Of a stretch of DNA of 64,000 nt, positions 39,674-47,517 are shown one piece after another. Under the pieces are notes generated by a model. The model had not been told where the DNA came from and searched no databases. It saw only the letters and a list, made by a program, of their open reading frames with translations. The first letter of the stretch is position 1. Each line of letters begins with the position of its first letter. Made by a program: the position numbers and the translations under genes. This DNA comes from Halolamina sp. (GTDB lineage Archaea > Halobacteriota > Halobacteria > Halobacteriales > Haloferacaceae): positions 415-64,414 of the forward strand of contig NZ_JAZKRY010000003.1 in NCBI RefSeq assembly GCF_036626355.1. The letters run 5' to 3'.

Positions 39674-39685
39674 GTGAACGCTTTT
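39674..39685 (+). promoter_or_regulatory. Conserved promoter (BRE/TATA-like) of array paralogue 1
   Basis: GTGAACGCTTTT begins 37 nt before ATG 39711; same spacing at all four paralogues. Confidence 0.75.
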
Positions 39686-39710
39686 ACCTCGCCGTCCCCT
39701 GGGTTCGTCG

Positions 39711-41081
39711 ATGCCTCTCCTCTCTCCGGAGCGCTTTGGGACGCTGTTTCGGTCTCTCGATTCGGCGGCGCGGACAGCGTTCATCGCGCGACTCTGGGCG
39801 GCCCGGGAGTGGGAGACGACGATTGACGGGACTGATGTCATCGCCACTAGCGGTGACGCTACCCAGCGCATCCGTGTCGTTGATCCCGGCTGGTTCGGGA
39901 TGCCGTCGCTGGAGGAGGCCGACGTGCTCGTTACGGCCCGCGATCGGGAGCCCGTGCGCGAGGCAGCGGCGGCCGCGGATGTGACGTATCTGCCTCCCGA
40001 GGCGGTCCGAGACCGGCTGCTCTATGGGCTCGACCGCGAAGCAGCGGCGACGCTGTTCGCGGAGACGTTCGACCACTCGCTGGAGGCCGCTCCGGACACG
40101 ACGTTTCCCTTCTCGAAGCGGATTCTGGGGGCTGGCACCGCCACCCTGGGCGCCGTTCGCGAGCGCGTCGGCGGCTCCCGACAGCTCAGCCTGCTGCTGG
40201 TTGTCGCGCTGCTCGTGGGCGTCGCGGTTGCCGGGCCCGCGCTCTCGCCGGCGGGAGAGAGCGACGTCACAGTCCCCTCGGAGACGTACACGGCGGGCGA
40301 GGCAGGCGCACTCGGTGGCTCCACTGAAACAGCGACATCGGCGACTGCAGCCACCGCTGTCGACGACGCTGCCCGACCGGACGGTCTCGGCGAGCGCAGC
40401 ATCACCGACCGCTCGGCGCTGCTGGATGGCCACGTCGACGCGGTCCTCTGGACGTCGCGGACGCTGAAAGTGCGGGCGAGCGGGCCGCCGAACGCGACAC
40501 TGATGAACGGGCGAGAGATGTGGCGGTACACGAGCCGTATCGCGAGCCCGCGGCAGTATCGCTTCGACGGGCGGTTCGTCTTCCCACCGTCTCGGTTCCC
40601 GCCGGCGAACGACTCCACTGTCGATATCGTCGACGTGAGTATCTACGCCGACGGGCGGTCGAAGTACCGGAAACAGGTTGACCCGACCGAGACGAGCTAC
40701 CGCGAGTACGCCATCGACACGACCGGCGACGCTTCAGGCTTTGCCAGGGAAGTCCGGAGCTACTTCGAGGCGTTCCTTCGGGGGGACCGCTCGGTCGTGG
40801 ACTGTGTGGGCACGCTCGAGTCCGGGGAGTGCTTCGCCTACCGGATCGTCGTCACCGGGGCGCCCTCAACATTTCCCGACGCCGACTCCTACCGTGCGGT
40901 CGCAGTTGTGCAGGACGACGGTATCATCACCTCTCTCGAGGTCTCCTATACGCTGCCGGACCGGGACGGCGATGGTAGCCGCGAACCGGTGTACTTCACT
41001 GTCGAGTACGACGCGATTGGAGAGACGACTGTCTCCACGCCGGACTGGCTGTCGGAGGCCAGGAACGAGACGGGGGGTTGA
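39711..41081 (+). CDS. Array paralogue 1: Mrr-like N-domain, single TM, extracellular domain
   Basis: AFIARLWAAREWET, TM LLLVVALLVGVAVAGPAL, GPPNAT, LPDRDGDG, TTVSTPDWLSEARNET. Confidence 0.88.
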   Translation: MPLLSPERFGTLFRSLDSAARTAFIARLWAAREWETTIDGTDVIATSGDATQRIRVVDPGWFGMPSLEEADVLVTARDREPVREAAAAADVTYLPPEAVRDRLLYGLDREAAATLFAETFDHSLEAAPDTTFPFSKRILGAGTATLGAVRERVGGSRQLSLLLVVALLVGVAVAGPALSPAGESDVTVPSETYTAGEAGALGGSTETATSATAATAVDDAARPDGLGERSITDRSALLDGHVDAVLWTSRTLKVRASGPPNATLMNGREMWRYTSRIASPRQYRFDGRFVFPPSRFPPANDSTVDIVDVSIYADGRSKYRKQVDPTETSYREYAIDTTGDASGFAREVRSYFEAFLRGDRSVVDCVGTLESGECFAYRIVVTGAPSTFPDADSYRAVAVVQDDGIITSLEVSYTLPDRDGDGSREPVYFTVEYDAIGETTVSTPDWLSEARNETGG

Positions 41082-41193
41082 ATACGGGACGCTTGCGGAT
41101 TGCGCTCGCCTGTTCGTATCGGAGCGTTCTCGGATCTCCCGAGCTATCGTGACCACTCCCGCGGTGCAGTTTCCGAAGAGTCACACCAACCCG

Positions 41194-41205
41194 GTGAATG
41201 TTTTT
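41194..41205 (+). promoter_or_regulatory. Conserved promoter of array paralogue 2
   Basis: GTGAATGTTTTT, 37 nt before ATG 41231. Confidence 0.7.
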
Positions 41206-41230
41206 CCCCACGCGGTCCCTCCTCACACCA

Positions 41231-42580
41231 ATGCCCTTCCCCTCGGAGGAGGCGTTCAGACAGTTGTTTCGCGACCTCTCCACAGCGGAGCGGCTGCGGT
41301 TCGTTGCGGGACTCTGGGCAGCGCGAGGCTGGGAGACGACTGTCGTGAACGGTGTGATCATCGCAACCTCAGACGGGGAGCGACAGCGTCTCTGCGTCGT
41401 CGACCCCGGTCGGTTCAGAACGGCTGTCCCCGACGATGCCGATATACTTGTGCCGGTGCAGGAGCGTGCGTCGCTTCGGACTGCGACCGAGCGTGCCGAT
41501 CTCCAGTACGTGCCACCCGCCGAGCTCCGAGAGCTACTCCGCTACGGCGTTGACCGGGACATCGCCGCAGCGCTCTTCGAGGAGACGTTCGGCCAGCCGT
41601 TGGACGCAGAGAGCCACGTCGCGCCGCCACGTTCCCAACAGCTTCGGGGGGCTGTTTTGGAGTTGGGAAATCGCAGCTACGACCGGTTTGGTGGCTCTCA
41701 CATCCCCGTGAGCGTGCTCGTCGTGGTGCTGCTGGTGAGTGTCGCCGTCGCTGGTCCAGCGCTCATCTCCACCGATGAGGAGCCCACACGGGTCGTCGAG
41801 ACCGCGACGCCTTCACCCGGTGAAGCCAATGAAGCCGCCGGGCCGAGCGGACTCGGAACGGACGCGCAGGGGGAACCCGTTTTCCCGCCGGGAATGGTCG
41901 AGTCCGGTATCAGTGACCGCTCGGCGCTCATCGAGGCGCATCAGAACGCAGTGAGGAATCGCCAACGGACGCTGCACGTAGCCGCGGCCGGCCCCCCGAA
42001 CGCGACGTTCATGTCCGGACGCCTCGCGTGGAACTACACGATGCGAGCCGAAGGCTCCTTTCACTACCGCGTCGATGCCAACCACACGTTTCCAGCAGCG
42101 GCGGATACGGCGACGGCTGGCCCCGGAACTGTCCGAATAAACCTGTTCTCGAACGGCGGGGTCAACTACCGCCGACGGGTGAACGCAACCCAAACAACCT
42201 ATCGTCGCTATCCGATGGCGGACGGGGACGACGCGTCGACGTTCACCGACGAAGTGAGCGGGTTCCTCGGAACGTTCCTCCAGGGCGAGCTGACGAGGGT
42301 CGACTGCGTCGACGATACTGACTACCGCGGCGCCCACTGCAGCATCATCATAAGATGGGCCCCGCCGTCGTTCCCGGCCGCCGAAGGCTACCGAGCGTCC
42401 GCAACCATCAGGCCAAGCGGTCTGGTCTCCTCGTTCTCGGTCAGCTACACGCTCCCTGATACCGACAACGACGGCAAGCGCGAACTCGTCCAGTTCAGCT
42501 TCGAGTACGACACGCTCGACACGACGACAGTGTCGGAACCCGAGTGGCTCCCCGAAGCGAAAAACGAGACGAGCAACTGA
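41231..42580 (+). CDS. Array paralogue 2
   Basis: RFVAGLWAARGWET, TM, GPPNAT, LPDTDNDG, TTVSEPEWLPEAKNET; start fixed by alignment and promoter spacing. Confidence 0.88.
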   Translation: MPFPSEEAFRQLFRDLSTAERLRFVAGLWAARGWETTVVNGVIIATSDGERQRLCVVDPGRFRTAVPDDADILVPVQERASLRTATERADLQYVPPAELRELLRYGVDRDIAAALFEETFGQPLDAESHVAPPRSQQLRGAVLELGNRSYDRFGGSHIPVSVLVVVLLVSVAVAGPALISTDEEPTRVVETATPSPGEANEAAGPSGLGTDAQGEPVFPPGMVESGISDRSALIEAHQNAVRNRQRTLHVAAAGPPNATFMSGRLAWNYTMRAEGSFHYRVDANHTFPAAADTATAGPGTVRINLFSNGGVNYRRRVNATQTTYRRYPMADGDDASTFTDEVSGFLGTFLQGELTRVDCVDDTDYRGAHCSIIIRWAPPSFPAAEGYRASATIRPSGLVSSFSVSYTLPDTDNDGKRELVQFSFEYDTLDTTTVSEPEWLPEAKNETSN

Positions 42581-42706
42581 GTCCGGGATGGAGTTGGATG
42601 AGCTTCGCCCAACGCGTCTTGCCTGATGGTGTTCAGCACGCGCATCTCCCTCGAACCGCCGGAACCGAACTAGCGGATCCGGTCTTCAACTAGCCACGCC
42701 ACCGGA

Positions 42707-42718
42707 GTGAACGCTTTT
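42707..42718 (+). promoter_or_regulatory. Conserved promoter of array paralogue 3
   Basis: GTGAACGCTTTT, 37 nt before ATG 42744. Confidence 0.75.
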
Positions 42719-42743
42719 CCCGAAGTAGTCCCTTGCTTCACAA

Positions 42744-44129
42744 ATGTCGCTTCCTTCGGAGGAAGCGTTCACGCGGCTGTACCGCGCCCTCGATGGAGCG
42801 GAGCGAACCGCGTTCGTCGCCGACCTCTGGGCGGCCCGGGGCTGGGAGACGACGACTGCGGGCGAAGTCGTCGTCGCCACCCGCGACGGCACCGAACAGC
42901 GGATTCGCATCGTTGACCCGGGCTGGTTCGCCGTCCCGACAGTTGAGGACACGGACGTACTCGTCACGGCCCGCGACCGAGAGGCCGTCGAGGCGGCCGC
43001 CGACGCAGCATGCGTTCGGTACGTCCCGCCTCCTGTACTGTTCGACCAGCTCCGGTACGGGATCGACCGGGAGACGGCTGGGGCGCTGTTCGAATCGACG
43101 TTCGGCCAGCCGTTCGACGCGCCGGACCCACACGCCGAGTCGCCACTGGCCGAACGGCTCCGGCAGTGGGCCACAGGCGTTCGACAGGCACCGCGTGATC
43201 GCGTCGGTGGATTCCACGTAGCCATGAGCGTACTCCTCGCGATACTCCTCGTCGGCGCCGTCGTCGTCGGTCCCGCCCTGTCCCCGAATGAGCCGGAGGC
43301 GATACCGTTCGCTGGAATGGCGACGAATTCCACCGAGGCTGCGGGCGCTCTCGGCGGGGCGGGGGCATTCGCGACCGAGGCGTCGAACTCGAACAGCTTC
43401 CCGCCTGGGATCGGCGAAAACGGTATCGAGGACCTGGACGCTCTCGTTGGGGCACACGAACGCGGTGTGATCGATCGAGAACGGACGCTCCGAGTCGCCG
43501 GGATCGGGCCGCCGAACGCGACGTTCATGGTCAGCCGGCTCGCGTGGAACTACACCGTTCGAGTCAAGCGGTCCTACCACTACCGATACAACGCTAACTA
43601 CACCTATCCACCAGCGACGGACTCGAAAAACCGGTCCAGTGTCGACATCGTCCGTATCGACAGGTTCGCCAACGGTGGCACTACCTATCGCCGCCGGAGC
43701 GACCCGACCGTAACAAGCTACATCACGTATCCGACGGAGGTGGAGGGTGGTGCCCGGACGTTCACTCACGAGGTGACCGTGTATCTACAGTACTTCCTGG
43801 ACGGCGAACGTTCACGGGTCGACTGCTCGGGCCCCAATGCCGGGGATACCGCTGCTGACGCCGTGGCACATGTCGACGTTCAGAGCTGCCGGGTCGTCGT
43901 CACCGGCGCCCCGTCGGCGCTGCCGAATGCGGCGGCCTATCGCGCTACAGCCACCGTGACCAGGACAGGTGTCGTCCGCTCGTTATCCGTTCGCTATACG
44001 CTTCCGGACAGTGACGGCGACGGGGAGCGCGAGCCGGTCCGGTTCTGGATCGCGTACGAATCCTTGGACTCGACGACGGTGTCGGAACCCGAGTGGCTCC
44101 CCGAAGCGAAAAACGAGACGAGCAACTGA
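42744..44129 (+). CDS. Array paralogue 3
   Basis: AFVADLWAARGWET, TM, GPPNAT, LPDSDGDG, TTVSEPEWLPEAKNET. Confidence 0.88.
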   Translation: MSLPSEEAFTRLYRALDGAERTAFVADLWAARGWETTTAGEVVVATRDGTEQRIRIVDPGWFAVPTVEDTDVLVTARDREAVEAAADAACVRYVPPPVLFDQLRYGIDRETAGALFESTFGQPFDAPDPHAESPLAERLRQWATGVRQAPRDRVGGFHVAMSVLLAILLVGAVVVGPALSPNEPEAIPFAGMATNSTEAAGALGGAGAFATEASNSNSFPPGIGENGIEDLDALVGAHERGVIDRERTLRVAGIGPPNATFMVSRLAWNYTVRVKRSYHYRYNANYTYPPATDSKNRSSVDIVRIDRFANGGTTYRRRSDPTVTSYITYPTEVEGGARTFTHEVTVYLQYFLDGERSRVDCSGPNAGDTAADAVAHVDVQSCRVVVTGAPSALPNAAAYRATATVTRTGVVRSLSVRYTLPDSDGDGEREPVRFWIAYESLDSTTVSEPEWLPEAKNETSN

Positions 44130-44254
44130 GTCCGGGACGGAGTCGGATGAGCTTCGTCCGACGCGTCTTCCCTGACGATGGCGGACACACGACGCTGCTT
44201 CGAACTGTCGAAGCCGCACTATCGGGTCGTCCATCAAACAAACACGCCAGCGCG

Positions 44255-44266
44255 GTGAACGCTTTT
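44255..44266 (+). promoter_or_regulatory. Conserved promoter of array paralogue 4
   Basis: GTGAACGCTTTT, 37 nt before ATG 44292. Confidence 0.75.
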
Positions 44267-44291
44267 GCCGACGCAGACCCTCCCCTCGACA

Positions 44292-45680
44292 ATGTCGCTC
44301 CCCTCCGAGGAGGCGTTCACGCGGCTGTTCCGCAGCCTCGACGAAGCGGAGCGCACGGCGTTCGTCGCCGACCTCTGGGCGGCCCGGGGCTGGGAGACGT
44401 CGATCGAAGGGGGTGCAGTCGTCGCCACCCGCGACGGCATGGAGCGGCACCTCCGCGTGGTCGACCCGGGCCGTGTCGGCGTGCCAGCACTCGATGATGC
44501 GGACACCCTCGCTCCCGCACGCGATCGGGACGCCGTCCGGAGAGCTGCTGAACGGGCCGGCGTTCGGTACGTCCCGCCCGCTGTCCTCTACGAACAGCTC
44601 CGCTATGCGGTCGACCGAGAGACAGCCACAACGCTGTTCGAGTCGACGTTCGAACAACCGTTCGATGCGCCGGGCCCCCACGTCAGACCGCCGGTTTCAG
44701 AACGGTTCAGGCAGTTCGTGGCCGAGACACCGCGGACAGCCCGAAACGGTTTCGGAGAGCCCCGGCTCGCGCTGAGTGTGCTGCTCGTCGTCGTCCTCGT
44801 TGGGGTCGTCGTCGCTGGCCCCGTACTGACCCCGAACGAGGGAGACGTGCCACAAGTTGCCGAAAATGCCACTGCCGGGACTGCGGGGGCTGGCGCGCTC
44901 GGCGAGTCGAGTGGGCCGAGCGATTCGGCAACCGAGGCGACGAACTCGGACGGTCTCCCGCCGGGAGTCGGCAGGTCCGGCATCACCGACCTCTCCAGGC
45001 TTCTCGCGGCGCACGAACAGCGGGTGATCGGTCGGCAACGGACGCTCCACGTTGCCGCGACGGGGCCGCCGAACTCGTCGTTCATGGACAGTCGCACCGC
45101 GTGGAACTACACTGTTCGTGTTCAGCGATCCTACCACTACAGCTTCGACATGAACTACACCTATCCGTCAGGGGGGCTCTCGAGAAACAGGTCCGGCGCG
45201 GATTCCGTCCGTATCGGCGTGTTCGCTAACGGCGGGGTAAACTACCGCCAGCGGGTCGATGCGACAGGGACGAGCTATCTGCGGTACCCCACAGAGGCGG
45301 CGGGCGGGGCCTGGACGTTCACCACCGAAGTGACGAGGTATCTCCAATACTTCCTCAGCGAGGAGCAGTCGCGGATCAGTTGTACCGAGTCCGGGAACGG
45401 CGGTGCCGGAATCAAGACACATAGCTGCCGAATCGTCGTCACCGGCGCGCCGGCGACGATCCCGAACGCGGAGTCCTACCGGGCCACGGCCGTCGTCAAC
45501 AGGAACGGGGTCGTGACCTCTCTCGCCGTGAGCTACACACTCCCGGACAGTGACGGCGACGGTGCTCGCGAGCCTGTTCAGTTCACGCTCTCCTACGAGT
45601 CGCTGGACACGACCACTATTGCCGAACCCGCGTGGCTCCCCGAGGCGAAAAACGCGACATCCGAGTCGTCCTCGGCGTGA
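44292..45680 (+). CDS. Array paralogue 4
   Basis: AFVADLWAARGWET, TM, GPPNSS, LPDSDGDG, TTIAEPAWLPEAKNAT. Confidence 0.88.
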   Translation: MSLPSEEAFTRLFRSLDEAERTAFVADLWAARGWETSIEGGAVVATRDGMERHLRVVDPGRVGVPALDDADTLAPARDRDAVRRAAERAGVRYVPPAVLYEQLRYAVDRETATTLFESTFEQPFDAPGPHVRPPVSERFRQFVAETPRTARNGFGEPRLALSVLLVVVLVGVVVAGPVLTPNEGDVPQVAENATAGTAGAGALGESSGPSDSATEATNSDGLPPGVGRSGITDLSRLLAAHEQRVIGRQRTLHVAATGPPNSSFMDSRTAWNYTVRVQRSYHYSFDMNYTYPSGGLSRNRSGADSVRIGVFANGGVNYRQRVDATGTSYLRYPTEAAGGAWTFTTEVTRYLQYFLSEEQSRISCTESGNGGAGIKTHSCRIVVTGAPATIPNAESYRATAVVNRNGVVTSLAVSYTLPDSDGDGAREPVQFTLSYESLDTTTIAEPAWLPEAKNATSESSSA

Positions 45681-45723
45681 GAACAACACGCCATGGACGG
45701 TGGAAACCTCGACGAACGAGGGG

Positions 45724-46368
45724 CTACGTGTGCTCCTCGACGAACTCGACGAGTGACGCGAGCTCCTCGCGCCCGATTCCGTGTCCGGTGTCGAACGCGC
45801 CGAACGTCACCTCGGCGCCGACCGCTTCCAGCCGGTCCGCGGCGGCCTCGCCCCGATGGGTCGGAATGATCTGGTCGGTCTGTCCGGCAGCGAGGAAGAC
45901 GGGCTTGCCCTCGATTCCCTCGGGGTCGTGGTCGGCGTGAGACTCGGCGAGATAGCCGTGGTGAGCGGCGACCCAGGCGAACCGGTCCGGCTCCTCGAGC
46001 AGCAGCGAGAGGGTGGTGATAGCGCCCTGGCTGAACCCGAGCAAGCCGAGGCTGTCGGCGTCGAGGTCGAACGCCCCGACGGCGGCGTCAACTGATTCGG
46101 CGACGAGGTCCAGGCTCCGGCGGAACTGCTCGTCGTGGGGCTGGCTCTGTTCCAGGCCACCGGCCGAGAGGTCGAGTTCGTACCAGGTGTAGCCGCCCTG
46201 CAGGCGGTCCGGCGCGCGGAAGCTGATGACGTGCCGGTCACCCGGAAGCTGCTCGGCGACGGGGAGCAGGTCCTGCTCGTCGGCGCCGCGGCCGTGGAGG
46301 ATGAACAGCGCGCTGTCGGTGTCGCCATCGGGCTCTCGGTGGACGTATTCGAGCGGAATCTCGCTCAT
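45724..46368 (-). CDS. Phospholipase/carboxylesterase-type alpha/beta hydrolase
   Basis: LHGRGAD, nucleophile GFSQG, D.IIP, GHGI. Confidence 0.92.
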   Translation of the reverse strand: MSEIPLEYVHREPDGDTDSALFILHGRGADEQDLLPVAEQLPGDRHVISFRAPDRLQGGYTWYELDLSAGGLEQSQPHDEQFRRSLDLVAESVDAAVGAFDLDADSLGLLGFSQGAITTLSLLLEEPDRFAWVAAHHGYLAESHADHDPEGIEGKPVFLAAGQTDQIIPTHRGEAAADRLEAVGAEVTFGAFDTGHGIGREELASLVEFVEEHT

Positions 46369-46431
46369 ACGGGCGGTTCGGGCTCAGGCGGTTTGAACAT
46401 CTCCTTCGTGGCACCCGCCTCGCCTTGCCGG

Positions 46432-46848
46432 TCACGCCTCCGGCCCCACCACCTCTACCTTCACCCCCTCCGGGTCCTCGCAGTAGAGCGCGTAGTACCC
46501 GCCCGCGTAGGGGTGCTGGTCTTCGTAGAGTAGCGTCGCGTCCCGCCGTTCCTGGACGCCTTTCGTGAGCCTGTCCACCTGCTCCCGCGAGGCGGCGTGG
46601 AACGCAACGTGATTCAGTCCCGGGGCGTTGCGGTCGAACTCCGCGTTCTTGTCGGTCTCGACGAGGACGACGTAGGTAGGCCCGTTCATCCACGACCGGC
46701 CGCCGGCCCAGTCGTTTTTCAGCTCGTAGCCCAGTTCACCGAGGAGCCAGCCCCAGAAATCGACGGCGGCGTCGATATCTGCGGTGTACAGCTCGAGATG
46801 ATGAATCGCGCCGCTGCGGTCGGGATCGGCGTGGTCGTGCTCAGCCAT
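46432..46848 (-). CDS. VOC/glyoxalase family protein
   Basis: IHHLEL, GLNHVAF, YALYCEDPEGVKVEV. Confidence 0.9.
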   Translation of the reverse strand: MAEHDHADPDRSGAIHHLELYTADIDAAVDFWGWLLGELGYELKNDWAGGRSWMNGPTYVVLVETDKNAEFDRNAPGLNHVAFHAASREQVDRLTKGVQERRDATLLYEDQHPYAGGYYALYCEDPEGVKVEVVGPEA

Positions 46849-46896
46849 GCGGTCACCATCGGAGAGCGGCCGTAAATCTTCTCGGCCGGCGTCGAT

Positions 46897-47412
46897 TCAG
46901 AAGCACTCGAGGGTCGTCCCGTTCCGGAGCCGGGCGAGCGAGACGTGGTCGTCGCCGTCGGACTCAGCCCGAACGAGGCGGTCCTCGGTCACGAGGTAAC
47001 TCGCCGGCGTGGGAGCCCCGTCCCAGTGAACCACGATCGGGGTTCCCTCGCCCTCCCGCTCGTAGTAGCCGCCGTTGGTGTACGACTGGAGTCGGACCAC
47101 GTACATGTCTCCCCGTCGTGTGACGCTCAGGTCTTCGACGTACACCTCGAGGTAGCTCAGGTTCTGCCCCGCGAGCGCGTCGTTCCGGAGCAGCGCTGAC
47201 TCGTAGACCTCGACGTACTCCCGGACTGAATCCGTCGAGAACGTCGCCGGCGGGTCCGGGTAGGGCTGCGCGTCGACGTCGGATCCGTCGGCGGTCGGCG
47301 TCGGTTTCGGCTCTTCCATACAGGATCCTGTCGGTGTCGGAGGAGCGTCGGTTCCGAGCGGCGCAGTACAACCGGCGAGGACGAGGAGGGTGGCGAGCAT
47401 GAGGGTACGCAT
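46897..47412 (-). CDS. Hypothetical lipoprotein
   Basis: MRTLMLATLLVLAGC lipobox, Pro/Thr linker; the last 171 aa of a long antisense ORF. Confidence 0.8.
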   Translation of the reverse strand: MRTLMLATLLVLAGCTAPLGTDAPPTPTGSCMEEPKPTPTADGSDVDAQPYPDPPATFSTDSVREYVEVYESALLRNDALAGQNLSYLEVYVEDLSVTRRGDMYVVRLQSYTNGGYYEREGEGTPIVVHWDGAPTPASYLVTEDRLVRAESDGDDHVSLARLRNGTTLECF

Positions 47413-47517
47413 CGATCCGTTCGTGTTGCCGTTCCGATAAACCGTTTGTGGGGAGAGGTTCGACAGTGTGGCTGCCGGACCACCGGGTTGATAAGCGACC
47501 CACGACAGCGACACAGT

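Noticed and set aside
39674-45680. Array considered as a CRISPR locus, DGR or active restriction-modification system
   Set aside because: The repeats are whole genes about 1.5 kb apart. No repeat-spacer structure, reverse transcriptase, DNA methyltransferase or clear catalytic nuclease motif is present.
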